Shown here: positions 45,701-64,000 of the stretch, piece by piece
How the letters are laid out: each line of letters opens with the position of its first letter
How positions within the stretch are numbered: position 1 is the stretch's first letter
Source: the human T2T-CHM13v2.0 reference genome, Homo sapiens
DNA length: 64,000 nt
Direction: 5' to 3' (one strand)
Assembly: GCF_009914755.1 (NCBI RefSeq)
Contig: NC_060930.1
The notes under the pieces: model-generated
Told to the model about the DNA's origin: nothing
Seen by the model: the letters and a program-made list of their open reading frames with translations, nothing else
Database searches by the model: none
Translations under genes and position numbers: made by a program

Positions 45701-45810
45701 ATAAAGGGTTATTCAGAATTGCAGCAGCCCCAGGAGGTAAGAGCACTCCCTGAAGACCCCCACTACCATTGTTCACTCTCCAATAGCCAAAAAAAAAAAA
45801 AAGCCCTCAC

Positions 45811-45948
45811 CAACTGGGGCAAGGAATCCCGGTACTTGGTATTTAATTGGTTCACAAAGCGTCGGGTGATCCAGTAACAGTCGACACTATCTTCCACCAT
45901 TTCCTCCATGGCTTTAGCTATGGCAAGAAACACTTCATCATCTGGCTC
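45811..45948 (-). CDS. TBC1D7: TBC1D7 exon 5 ([46 protein letters not shown])
   Basis: tttcAG|GAG...TTG|gtgagg; 138 nt. Confidence 0.97.
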
Positions 45949-47108
45949 CTGAAAGATTAATAATAAATCTCAAGAGGAAGGCAGTGAAAGAGAGGAATAC
46001 ATATTTCTTTAATAAAAAATGAAACCTTGCTCCCTAAATTTTGAAAAGGCTACATTAATAAATCAAAGTAGGATCAAAAAGCACAGAGTCCCTCCCTGAA
46101 GAGGGGAGCAAGGGGGAGAAAAAGATGAGTAACTACAGGGTCAGTGCTGCTTATGAATGACCAGGTTTCAGGCTGAGTGTACAGACACTCCCCAGCTTCT
46201 AACATTAAGCCCCTCACAGAGTCAACATAAATCATAAGCAAGTCACTGACTCTCTCCACCCAAAAATATTCTCAGTACTAGGTGAGGATATCTTTGAAAA
46301 GGGTGTAATAAACAGCACCATCAGTAACTGGAGACATTTTTCAGCACAGTAATTTGCAAATATTGAAGAGCTCCAAAAAGACTAATAAAGCATTTGCTTT
46401 ATTTCAAAGCATTCACGCATACCTTCAGAATTTTGTTCTATCTTAAGCAGTACAAAAGTTAAAATGTTCCTAGAATCAGAATTTTAGGAATCAAAAGAAT
46501 GGCATTTCTCAAACCTTGTGTCAATACTCAGAATGCGAAAGTAAACTCTCAGGTAAATTTCAACAGAGAAATCTTAGAAAAACCGGGACCTTATTTGAAA
46601 ACCTCTTCTGCTTTCAAACACCATATCATATACAAAAAGCTTTACATTTTCATCTAGGATTTAATAGCTGAAGGATTTTAATGTTAAAAAGAAACTAAGA
46701 AGTATCACACTTTCCCTTAAAAAGTACCGACTTAAATCAAAATTGTTATTTTAATGTATTATTTCATTCTAAGCCCTTCTTTCAACTTGTTAATATTCTA
46801 TAAAATGTCAAGAAAAACATAATTTAAATCATAGGGAATAAGTTTTCTCAAAACATTTTATTAATGTGTCAAAGGAGAATGGAAAATAAGTAGGAAGAAA
46901 AGGGAAAGGAAAATCTCCTTTCTTGGACTCCCGTGCAGTTCTGTGCACTGTGCTTGGCACCCCGAAAGGTGGCATATCACTGACTGCTCCTGACCACTGA
47001 CAGGTCAAGGGAAGAGGACCCATGTCGTCCTTCCTGGCCCTGTGATGAGCACTGCTGCACCCTCTTATTAATGGATTAAAAAATGAGGCAGAGTGGGCGC
47101 TAAGTAGG

Positions 47109-47521
47109 TGCTACGGTTCAAATATCTGTCCCCTCCGAAACTTATGTTGAAATTTAATCCCCATTGTGGCAGTATTGAGAAGTGGGGCCTTTAAGAGGTG
47201 ACTGGATCATGAGGGCTCTGCCCTCATCAGTGGGTCAATTCATAGATTAATGGGTTATCACAGGAACGGGACTGGTGGCTTCCTAAGAAGAGGAAGAGAG
47301 TCCTGGGTGAGCACGTTGGCACGTTCAGCCCCCTCACCATGTGATAGCCTGTGCCACCTCAGGACCCTGCAGAGAGTCATCAGCAAGAAGGCCTTCACCA
47401 GATGTAGCCCCTGAATCCTGGACTTCCCAGCTTCTAGAATTGTAAGAAATAAATTCCTTTTTAAAATAAATTATCCGATTTCAGGTATTCTGTTATAAGC
47501 AATCAAAAACAGACTAATACA
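47109..47521 (+). mobile_element. MaLR solo LTR (MSTB-like)
   Basis: TGCTACGGTTCAAATATCTGTCCCCTCCGAAACTTATGTTGAAATTTAATCCCC...AACAGACTAATACA. Confidence 0.85.
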
Positions 47522-47919
47522 ATGAGGATCATGACTGGGAGACGTGGGATGGCAGAGTCCAAAACACACACTCAGAAGCACGTCTGCCTGAGGCTGCAGT
47601 AAAGGTGTCTCAGCTTGGAACACAGACAAGCTGAGTAGCGGTGAGGCGGAACCTATACCCTGTCATCTCAATTCCTAATCTAATTTAATTTGATATATAA
47701 TTTAAGAACTTGTGTAGTACTATCAACTTCACTTTGCCAATAAGTGAAATTTAAAGATGATTGCTTAAATTATTCCAATTATTTTTTAGGGACCTTCTCT
47801 CTCGATAAACGTAAGAAATATAAATGATCTTTATTAGCTCTAAGGTTTGTCCATGGATACCTCATCATTAACGTCAAAAAAAATTAGATCTGCAATAAAA
47901 ATAAATTTTGTAAAATAGG

Positions 47920-49945
<2,026 letters not shown>

Positions 49946-50147
49946 ACGTATTTTAAAAAAACAAAAAGTAAGAAGGTTGGGTCAGAATGTGCATGGCCAT
50001 GAATGCCAAGTAAAGATGTGTCACTTTTATTCTAATAACAACAGGGAGCCACCAAAAGTTTTTAAGGCAAAACATGATGTAATCAAAGGCCGGCAAGATG
50101 GGACGGTCTAGAGTTGAGCTTAGTGTCAGACAAAAGTGACCACTAAC

Positions 50148-50335
50148 CAGTGGAAAAGAGGGACTTCGAGGTAACTTCCCAGACTCCAGCTGATACATGC
50201 GGAGATAGACTTCAGCCTGAGGTGTGGCATCACTAACAAAGCGAACGACTTTCAGGGCATGAAGGACATCCAAGTACTGCTCCTTACGATACATCATCAC
50301 CTTGGCATGGGACTCGTGGTGTGGAGGCAAGATTC
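50148..50335 (-). CDS. TBC1D7: TBC1D7 exon 4 ([63 protein letters not shown])
   Basis: tctAG|GA...CTG|gttagt; 188 nt. Confidence 0.98.
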
Positions 50336-51070
50336 CTAGAGAGAACAGGAAAAACGAAAAAAGGACAAAATACTGAGCCATCACTCCAAATCCCTCATCT
50401 ATGAAAGAGGATGCCGTGAGAAGCGACCCACACAATTAGGCTAGAATTCACGCAGACATTCAAGTACCATGTAGAATCTCTTTTAGAAATTCTCACTATA
50501 AAACAATCTTAAATGTGAAATATTATCAATGTTTGAGTGCTGATGCATCACTGATATGAGAGAGAAATGAAACAACACTGGCAAAGCCCTTGAATAAGTA
50601 TGCCGCATACATTCAAGATTAGCAACCACATCAATCCTAACAATGGTTTAACTTAATTTATGGCAGCCTCAGGCTGCCTTTAGCTCCTAGAGGTCTCACC
50701 CTAGTCTTTGTACTTGGCCCCTACATCTCAGAACCACCAACAGCCCATTGAATTCTTCTCTTCCCCAACAGTTAAAACTTGCTCACTAAGTATCCTATCC
50801 TCCAGGTCACAAAAGTCCTTAATCTTCATTGGTGAGGTCACCTTACAGGACATTTCTATGACATATTAAGCTCCTTAACCCATTTAAACATGGTGTCATA
50901 TCTTTTTTACAAACAAATGGCTCTGAGGAAACACAGTGGAAAGACCACTAGACAGACCAGCCATCCTGGGTTCTAGCCTCGGACTGGATAATACTAGGAC
51001 TCTGAAATGTGTCTTTCTGGGCACTTGTTTTCCCCACCTGCCAGAGGCAGGAAATGGGATAAGCATTTCA

Positions 51071-51529
<459 letters not shown>

Positions 51530-51564
51530 ATTTTATTTACTCAAGCCTCATTAAACTTAATGAG

Positions 51565-51810
51565 GCTCTACAGAAGTACAGACTCTGGAGCAAAGTTCCT
51601 GGGTTTAAATTCCAGCTCTACAATTAACTGGCTGGGTGGTGACCTTTAGCAATTACTTTATCTCCTATGTCTTAGCTTCCCCATCTGAAAAATGGGAATA
51701 ACAATATCTAATATCATACAGTTGTTGAGATGAATAAACAAATCAACACACACAAAGCATTCAGAAGAGTACTCAGCAAACACTAAGCTGTATAAGTGTT
51801 AGCTAGTACA
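51565..51810 (+). mobile_element. MIR
   Basis: GACTCTGGAGC...CCTGGGTTTAAATTCCAGCTCTAC...CCCATCTGAAAAATGGGAATAACAATA. Confidence 0.7.
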
Positions 51811-52279
51811 TTTGACTATGAATCCCTCTTTGGTGCAAAATGCCACAGGTTTAGTATTCTAAAGAACACCCCAGAAAACAAAAACAATAGTAGCTAACAT
51901 GATACCAGTTAATGTTAGAAAAAAAACTTGCTTAAATGTTCTTTTCCCTGAAAGAAATCTTTACTCATGCTATGAGACTGTGTGCCAGGCTTCCAGAAAA
52001 GCCAAGGGAACACACTAAAGTGTCTCCTACATCTCGGCTAATACAGCTTAAACAGCTGTGACCAAACCCTCATCACCCTGCTAGAGGCAGCACATTAACC
52101 CTTAAACCTGTTTTCTAAGAGCTAGTCCTAAAATGTCTCTTTTTGATATTTAACTAAAATAGTATCAGGAAGTAGGCATTTGAAGTAAAGATCCCTAAGT
52201 AATCAAAACTCTGTGCTGGGAAGAGTCAGGCTGTGTCCTACACAGGCGACAGCTCTAAACTTCCAGTGCCTTGTCCTCA

Positions 52280-52618
<339 letters not shown>

Positions 52619-53317
52619 AATGGTTAAGAAGAGTAGAAGTGAGGAATAAGCCAGATAGGCTGTAGCACTCAAGAAGTGAGGGAAAGCACAACTGCACAAC
52701 TCCCATTAATCCACTGCAGTTATTAATAGACACACAGCACCTCCCATAAATCGACACTGTTGACATTACCACTTAAAATGTACCCCAGAAGGCACGGAGA
52801 ACAGTAACATTTAAAGAAAAGTGCTCTGGGAAAAACTAAAATAGTTGTCACCGCTTCTCCAGATTGTAACTGCACGTTGACCTACCAGACATAAAAGTGC
52901 ACAGAGACTGCCAGGATGAACAAGAAACAAGTCATTCTGCAGGCCTTCCTAGTACCGCTTATATTCCCTCGCTGCCTCCATATTACATAACCAGACAGGG
53001 CTGCAGGCTTCTCAAGCCCTGAAAAGATACTACATTTTGGAAAGAAAATGAGGTCCACAATCTATCTTACCTTCAAATGAGTTCCACAAACGTAAGCTCA
53101 AATCCTAGCTCTGCCACTTACAGGCTATAATGCCTTAGGCAAGTTACTTAGCCTCAGAGAGTCTTTTCCCCATCTGCAAAATTAGGATACCAATACCTGC
53201 CTCACAGGGATTCTAGGATTACTCTGTATAATCTATGTAAACTACTCAGCCTACTGACAGGCATACAGGGATGCCCAATAAGGAGCAATCATAGTTTATA
53301 TTCTTCAGGGAATTTAG

Positions 53318-53668
<351 letters not shown>

Positions 53669-54333
53669 AAAATACTTTTTTTAAGAAAGAAAAGGAGGAT
53701 GGTAATGGATAGGAATTATATGCTCCAGCAGGCTCAGCAATGATAGGGGAAAGAAAATCTTGGGCTCAAAAGGGATGCTGCCAGTTACTCATGGCACTTA
53801 ATTCACATTTTCTTCCATAGAAACTAAGTAAGATCAGTTTTCCTTCTCACTCAGCCACTCGCACCACTGGAATTTAGTCATTCACACTTCTAGGGAGTAG
53901 TAAGTCTCCAATTCCTCTTTGACAGATTAGGAAGTTATACCTCTATAGCTGAGAATCACAAAATCTTACAAATTTAGAGCTAAAAACTAGGAGTAATTTA
54001 GCTCAAAAGCTTCAGTTTATAGATGCAAAAAATGAGTCCCAGAGGGGTCGCCTTCCTCCAGGTTACCCAGCTGATAGCAAAGCCTAAACCAATTCTCATT
54101 TCTCCTACTCCAATGCTCTTCCCAGATCTTGTCTCAGGAACATAAACTATTTTCTCTTCTATAGTATCATTAATAGAACAGAAAATAATGAGTGGTAATT
54201 GAACCTCCTGGGGAAGATCCAATATTCAGTAAAAGGCCTAAACAAATTCTCCTTTTTCTGACTGATAAGATAGCAAATGATCCCTTCATTCAATATTTTT
54301 TAAGATAAATCTTCCAACTCCTGGGTCTCATAC

Positions 54334-54414
54334 CTAGAAGCACCTTCCATACCAATGCACGGTACATGGACGGGAGAGGGAACCTCTGACTAAAAGTACA
54401 AAGTTTCTCAGTAT
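54334..54414 (-). CDS. TBC1D7: TBC1D7 exon 3 ([27 protein letters not shown]); symmetric 81 nt
   Basis: ctctAG|AT...CTA G|gtatga. Confidence 0.97.
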   Translation of the reverse strand: MLRNFVLLVRGSLSRPCTVHWYGRCF

Positions 54415-54620
54415 CTAGAGGAAGAAGAAAACAATTGTTAGAAGCTTTTCATGCTGATCACAGTATGTCAAGGCACATTTCATTTTTTAAAACTCAAAGA
54501 ATAGTTAAGACATTTCTTCAGGGGAAGTCTACCATATGGTCAGTAAGTTTAGGAGAGGCAATACTAGTCTGATTTCTAGCCCAAGACTTCTGCCAACTAA
54601 GTTATTTAAAAACAATTTGC

Positions 54621-54922
54621 GGCCAGGCACGGTGGCTCATGCCTGTAATCCCAGAACTTTGGGAGGCTGAGGCAGGCAAATCACTAGAGGTCAGGAGTTT
54701 GGGACCAGCCTGGCCAACATGGCAAAACACCATCTCTACTAAAAATACAAAAATTGGCTGGGTATGGTGGCACACACCTGTGATCCCAGCTAGTCAAGAG
54801 GCTGAGACAGAAGGATCGCCTGAACCCAGGAGGCAGAGGTTGCAGTGAGCCAAGATCGTGCCACTGCACTGCAGCCTGGGCAAGAGTGAGACTCTGTGTT
54901 AAAAATAATAATAAAAATAAAA
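54621..54922 (+). mobile_element. AluS-type
   Basis: Alu dimer; TSD TAAAAACAATTTGC. Confidence 0.93.
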
Positions 54923-55365
54923 ACAATTTGCATTTTACAGCATTGGAGATGCATTTTGCATATATTACTACATTCCCTATAACAGTGGTAGTTATTAATC
55001 ACAGGGTTTATTTAATTCACACTGCAAGCCTGTTAGGTAGTTCTTGTTCTAAAAATGCAGAAACTGAAGTTCAAAGCAGTTAAATGACTTGATCAAACTA
55101 ACATAGCTATTAAGTGGTACAGTCTGCCTTCAAATCCCTACATTTTCCAATAAATTACAGTGACTTCCCTGACCCTCAATTCCTCTACTTATCAAAGGAG
55201 AATACCAGACATACTAAAGCAAAGACCGCACAATTGAAGATCAAAGATAAGGTGAGAAATGTTTCAGAAACTTTAAAAGTACTCTATGCAAATAAAGTAT
55301 TATCTTTAACTACGGTTCAGTTTATTTTACTTTAGTCAACAACAGACCTTATTCAGACTGGCTCA

Positions 55366-55718
<353 letters not shown>

Positions 55719-56026
55719 AAAATCATGACCAGAGTTATCGCAAATTTACCCAGAAGCAAATTTACCTAGATAATACATGAAAACATATGGGTTCAATAAA
55801 AGAAAAAAATACTACTGACTTTCTTAAGAAACCTTTCAAAAACTTCTGACGCTCAGTGAAATATAAATTTGAAAAATCTTTTCTCAAAATACACCATTCT
55901 GCTTCACCACATCACTAAAAAATACAGCAAGTAACCAATGCTTCTGGATGTCTTTTAAGAAAATATTTACTTCAGAACATGTGGAGTGATTGAGAACCAA
56001 TGAGATTAATTTTTAAAAGTACTCAC

Positions 56027-56138
56027 CCAGACGGTCATCTTTTAGGAGAATTTCTAATGATTTCTTTTCTTCAACTCCACGAAACCCCACTTTCTCATAA
56101 TATACTGAACGAAAGTTTCTCTGAGAGTCCTCAGTCAT
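56027..56138 (-). CDS. TBC1D7: TBC1D7 exon 2 CDS start ([37 protein letters not shown]); TBC1 domain family member 7, TSC complex subunit
   Basis: Acceptor ccaAG|AATGAAAT ATG (exon starts at 56146); donor CTG G|gtgagt; 112 coding nt. Confidence 0.97.
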
Positions 56139-57535
56139 ATTTCATTCTTGGAGGAGACACAGAAAGACAGAAAGGGAGAGAAAGACGAAGGGGAAAAGTG
56201 AGTCTAGAAACAAAGAGTCAAGAATTAGAATAATTTTCAATGATGTTCTCCACCTTTTCAATATGATGTACCCTTGCATAGGACCCAATATTAAATTTTT
56301 CCTTTAACTCAGTTCTGCAACTATCTCACCTATGCATCTTGGCTAAAAACCAAGATATAAGTTAAAAGTTCTCTGAGCTGATAAAATAGATGGCACAAGG
56401 TTTATGCACTAGGTTTCCCACTATACCTATGAGTGCCTAGCACAATAGAACATTCTGTAGCTATTATAAATGCGCAAAGAAAAAAAATAAGTGAAATGGA
56501 AGCCAGGCAAGATACGTCAAGCAAATTATACTCAAACAGTATACACTATGATTTCATTTTTTGTTTTTTACAAATTTCATGTATTTTAAAACTTAACACT
56601 CTATTCCAAAATGTTAGCAATGGTTATCTTTAGATAGTAGGATTCTAGATGATTTTAATTTCCTTTCTTTTGCTTAGCTACTTTTTTTTAAATGGGCATT
56701 TTGTAAAATGAAAAATTAAGTTATATAAAAGTAAAAAGCCACGAGTTCCTCACTTATCTTTCTTTTAAACACAATTCTATTAAGTGTAGCTATCGAAATT
56801 CAAAACCCACAACAAATAAATCGCATTAAATTATAACTAGAAGAGGGTAAAGAATGTAGCCAATTGACAGTGATCCCAAAGTCAGAGTTGAAGACGGAAA
56901 AACGATTTAAAATCTACCGCAAGAACTCAAAAAGTTCAGTGGTCTCAAGTTCCTTCACAGTAACCTTCATAATACTGGCGGTAATTCATCCAAAAAAAGA
57001 CCAAGTTAGATTTGGCGTTTCAAGAACAGAAAAGATCTGATGCATTTCCCAAAAAGCACTGCACTGCCTCACCCAAATGCTTCCAGCGTCTGTGCACAAA
57101 AGAGTAAATCTTTAGGTTTAAAAACCCTGCGACGTCCCCAGTGAGCAGGGGAGGGCTTCCTTCCTTATTGAAAAGATATCCTCTGAACCGATTCAGTCAC
57201 AGGAAAGATTAGGATTCGTTTAGAAAATGAAATGCTAAAGGGCTCTGAGCTTTCGGGAGCAGATGTCTTAAAAATAAAAAAGTCAGCAGCATAAAACGCG
57301 TAATGAGTGTGGGGATTTATTTTTTTAAAGCATCCAAACAGCTGCATGACGATTTGGTCGGTCCCTGTTGTCTAAGGACACCCATTCTTAGATTGCACTA
57401 CAATGACAAAGGCGTCCTCTAGGAGGAAATGCTGCAAATAATATCTCCTGCCCATGCGCGTCCACCTGATGGGAAAAGTAAAAACACCCTGGTCCAAGAC
57501 CCCAGGTCCCATTCTCTCTATGATGGATGCTTCAC

Positions 57536-57790
57536 CTCTAGTAGTGCAAACACACCCGGGTTGAGACTAAGTGGTCCGGGAGAAGCAGAGGAAGCCGTGC
57601 CCTGTGCGCTGACCGACCGCCGGGCAGGCGGGCACCGTTGGGGCCCAGGGCCAGGAGGGACGAGTCCTGCGGGAAGGAGGGAGGCGGCGGGGTACCTGGG
57701 ACACCCGCGCGCGCCCAGACGGCCCGGGAGACAAAACTCAGCGCCGCTGCCGCTGCCGCTGCCGCCGCCGCCGGACGTGACATCAACTCC
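57536..57790 (-). other. TBC1D7: TBC1D7 non-coding exon 1 (alternative donors at 57536 and 57696; TSS approximate)
   Basis: Donors TAGAG|gtgaag (57536) and CCCAG|gtaccc (57696) within the CpG island. Confidence 0.6.
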
Positions 57791-58110
57791 AGGTCGCCGG
57801 GCGGGCGCCGGGCGGGCGCATGCGCAGAGGGCGCGGGCAGGAAGCTCCACCCTCACTCCAGGAAGCTCTGGCTTCGTTTGTGAAACCCGACGGGATGAAG
57901 GGCTAGGCTCGCCTCCAGAGTAGTGTAGTTTCTCCCGCCGTGGGCACCCGGCCCCTTGCTACCCCGCAAAATCTCGCGACCATTTACTCTGGCCATCCGA
58001 AGGCGCGTGCCTGGGTTGCACTCCCGTGTCCGGCCCTCGAGGTTCTTGCCTAGGGAAGACCCGAGCCCTAGGGCCGTACTTAAGCTGCCTGCGTGCAGGA
58101 CCCGGGTTTT
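57590..58110 (-). promoter_or_regulatory. TBC1D7: TBC1D7 CpG-island promoter
   Basis: Dense CpG; GC boxes GGGCGG at 57799 and 57810; NRF1 palindrome GCGCATGCGCA 57816-57826; ETS-like CAGGAAG at ~57838 and ~57859. Confidence 0.85.
57743..57772. repeat. (GCCGCT)3(GCC)4 trinucleotide repeat in the TBC1D7 5' UTR
   Basis: Read directly from the sequence. Confidence 0.92.
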
Positions 58111-58970
58111 GCTTTTGCTAATTTCCTCCCCACCCCAGGTATGTGGGAATAGATGAAGACCATCCGAATGAGAAGAAAAAAGGCAGGCAGAGGAGTGCAA
58201 GTCTGATTTAGAGCAGGCAGGCTCCCTGGGTTGGTTATTGTAGGTAACTGACTGGTTTTCTGGGCAGGTTGCTGCAGGTTGTGGATTGGAGGTCTATTTT
58301 TATATTAGATTTGGCCATTGTCTTAGTATATTCAGCCTCTCAGGTAAAACACTATAACATAGGAGAAAAATGAACGTGTTTTTTTTTTAAAAAAAGATGT
58401 GCTAAATGCAAGCTCCTAATTTGTTATTAGTAGGTCTAACAGAACAGAGTTACTCTTTAAAGTAGCTACTAACACTTACAAATGCTTTCTATTTCTGTGC
58501 TTGCCTCCCTGGTCCTCGGGCTGGCTGAGCAGCAGTGCCCAAGTAGGTTTTTAAACCGCCAGGGTTTGAGAGAAATCCCCAATGATGGGTATCGTCCCTT
58601 TGAAAGTTCAAATCTCTACCAAATAAGCCACACGGATGCCAAGCTTTGAAGGAAACTTAGGACTATCAACAGTGCAGAAGTCCAGTTATAGTGCAGACAA
58701 ATGTGTGTATAATGGCTAGACAGAACTTAAAAATGAAGAAACGTGTGGTGGTTGAACTCAAACACTGATGCCCCTCCCCACTCCCTTACCACCACCATCT
58801 TTAGTTCCTCAGTACTGGGGTACTAAACCTTCCTTGGGTAGTGTTCACATGAGTAAGCAGAGTTCTTCAAGTTACCTTACACAAGTTCCATTTACTTCAT
58901 CTAAACCTTGGGCCGGTCACTAACTTTTATAATTGCCTTTTCTTGTCTTTAAAATCATCACCAGGGCTGG

Positions 58971-59563
<593 letters not shown>

Positions 59564-60109
59564 TTAAAAATGCAAAGATGAGTCTCTAAATCATTTTATT
59601 TGGGAAAACAGAATTGCAGTTCAGGGCATACACACAGACTGGGGTGGTCTTCAGAACAACAAAGAGATGGTTGGAGGTTTCATTAGAGAAATGTTATGTA
59701 TTACCTTGAAAGATAGCTCATTGACCCTAAGCAAAGTTTTTAGGAACAGGCAAGCTCTAATTTGTGAGAGAAGGTGGTAAGTAAAACTAGTCTTAGAGTT
59801 ACAGCAATTCGTTTCAGCAGCTACTGGGTGAAACTGGTCTTCAGGTTATAGCAGGTCACCTTGGCAGCTGGCTTTCAATATAATTCCTGGGCAGGCACTT
59901 TGTGCCCCAACTGCTTTCTCTTCTCCCTCATCTCTGGACTCTAATTTAGCTGGGTATGAAGATTACTCCAATTCATACAATCAATTTTCAAGACTGCTGT
60001 TCACTGAATGGTGACAGCAATATGGGTGCCTTCAACTGCCCTCCATTCTGTTTTTTGATGAGCTGATAACAGAATATGTGGAAGCTTCCCTAAGAGATAA
60101 CACTTTGAG

Positions 60110-60980
<871 letters not shown>

Positions 60981-61202
60981 AAGGGCTATCACACAATGTG
61001 AACAGGTGGCCATTCGTTCTTACAGTTGCATATTTGAGTTGTGAACTGTCAGCATTATTAGTCACTGGACTCTTAGCATAACACAGATTATAGAATGGAG
61101 TTGTCAGGCAATAAAATTTTGTGGAATTTAATTGAAATAAGACTTGTAAAACTCACAGGTGTACTTCACTGTAACAGGCATCACTCCTTTCTTGTAATAT
61201 TT

Positions 61203-61216
61203 CTGCCCTCTAGTGG
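61203..61216 (-). promoter_or_regulatory. Candidate CTCF motif
   Basis: Reverse complement CCACTAGAGGGCAG fits the CCASYAGRKGGCRS consensus. Confidence 0.5.
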
Positions 61217-62869
61217 TTAGCCTTTTTTGCTAAATTATTTTTTAAAAAATGCACCGTACTGCTAGTTACAGAATCAAATCTCAAGGTTGAAAGGGACTTA
61301 AAGGTCAGCGAGTCCCATGAAGTGTGGTGCGGAGAGCTAAGCTTCAGGGCATAAAAACAGCCGCATATCTTCAGAAGTGGCATCCTATCTTTCAGCTTCT
61401 AAATTTACTTTGGCAGAATAGTAATTGTCACATACCACTGGCCTCAATCCTTGCGCCTCGTTTTCTAGAGATAAGGAAATGGAGATGGAGTGAGGTTATG
61501 GCTGTAGGACAACTGTCTTCATGTTGAGAAGCCATTAAAGTGAATGTAGTAAAAATCCCATCACAGCATAATTGGTGAACATATACATTCAGATAGTTCA
61601 TGGGTCAAACCACATCTCCAAAACATCTGAAGAGAGACAAACCTGGATGGTCCTGGACACTCATTTCTTCTTCATTGTGGTAATTTGGCAGAAAACTGGC
61701 TCAGCAGGTCTGTGTTAACTCAGTCAGATAGGCAGAACCACCTCATCACTGTAAATATTTACAATATTAAGGGCATGGAGATCAGTCTTTATTGGAATGT
61801 TGGTCACAGCGCATGTAAACCTCTATGCCTGGTCTAAGCTGAGGGATAATTCGATTCCAGGGATGGCATGCACTCTACTACTTTCTGCTTGTATGTTTTT
61901 CCTCTAGTAAACCCAAGCTTATACCTGTATCACTTAACACAGTGGTGTGTTTTCATGGCCCTTCCTGAGCATGCATAACTGTACCCCAGAAATATGCTGT
62001 TACAGAGAGGAGACATTGGTTCACCTGTCAAAACGGGTGGCATATGTCTTACGTACATGTGATTATAGACTTCCAATACTGTCCTGGTATATAGAAACCT
62101 CTGGCTACAGCCATAGGTTTCCTAGTGCGTATGGGGTCATTTAACAAATAATGATTCCGTTAACCACTGATACTTGTCTGACCTCGGCCCTGTCTTCTCT
62201 TTTGCATGAATCTTTGATAGTTCTAGTGTCAAAACAGTAGGTACAGTCAGCGGGGTAGAAAAGCAAACTCTATTTTCAGTGAAACTAGAAAATAATATGT
62301 CAAGTAGGTGGAGAAGTTTCCAAAAGCAGTGGAAACCAAGCAGGGCACGTGTAGGAAAAGGCAGAGAACGAGAGAGAGGTCCAAAGCTACAGATCTCAGA
62401 AATAGCCAGCAAAACACACACTTCTCAAAGGTGAGGGGTTTACCTTGAGAAGCAATATGTATTTCTGTTGTGTGCCATCTTGGGAATAGAACAACCAGGC
62501 TGGTGACAAGGGCATCTCACAACCAAGTTAGATTCTGTGATGCAAAAAACAGGTCACTCTTCTAAAGATAACAATGATCAAATCTGGACGAAATATAAAA
62601 AACAAGTACTTGCAGGTGTTTTAGTGTAACCGAGAGCAGGTGGATTCTTGTGGGGTGTTGAGCTTTGGAAGAATGGAACAGCACCAGGTAAGCTTCCCAT
62701 TTTCAAAGCCACTGGTGGGCTCACCCCTTGGCCCTGGGGGTGTGGTGGTTGTTTGCAGGGGCTGTGCCTGAAGCATGGGCCTGCGGTCTGGGGTACCTGT
62801 ACACATGCACAGGAACTCCCAATCATGGAGGTGGAGGCAAGAGGAGAAGGAGGGCGATGGAACTGGTAG

Positions 62870-64000
<1,131 letters not shown>

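Noticed and set aside
49953-50435. 160-aa ORF with TBC-domain sequence
   Set aside because: It is TBC1D7 exon 4 plus flanking intron, not a separate gene.

Overview
This window is human (primate) genomic DNA from the PHACTR1-TBC1D7 locus, which I recognise as 6p24.1 from the translated exons. The + strand carries the last five coding exons of PHACTR1 (2122-16335; RPEL3, RPEL4 and the PP1-binding C-terminus) and a long 3' UTR running to about 19.7 kb. The - strand carries the complete TBC1D7 gene: CpG-island promoter at about 57.6-58.1 kb, seven coding exons summing to 882 nt (293 aa), and a GC-AG intron 6. The two genes are convergent. The rest is typical repeat-rich intronic/intergenic DNA: about 24 Alus or Alu fragments, MaLR LTRs, MER2, Tigger2a, MER5, MER58, L1, L2 and MIR. 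Nearly all ORFs in the supplied track are spurious or repeat-derived. I see no evidence of a wholly new gene system. The most notable sequence-level observations are: (i) an intronic promoter and in-frame ATG giving a 144-aa short PHACTR1, with a strong-Kozak uORF ending in a TAATG stop/start overlap; (ii) a TSD-bounded Alu upstream of TBC1D7 whose head contains a 163-nt inverted, ~98% identical copy of the flank of a neighbouring inverted Alu; (iii) other local templated duplications inside TBC1D7, including an exon-7 fragment copied into intron 6; (iv) a GCC/GCT 5' UTR repeat inside a poly-Ala uORF that can end in frame one codon before the TBC1D7 ATG; (v) a 3' UTR splice donor 39 nt after the TBC1D7 stop that could allow read-through antisense to PHACTR1. 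Repeat family calls are made by eye and their boundaries are approximate.
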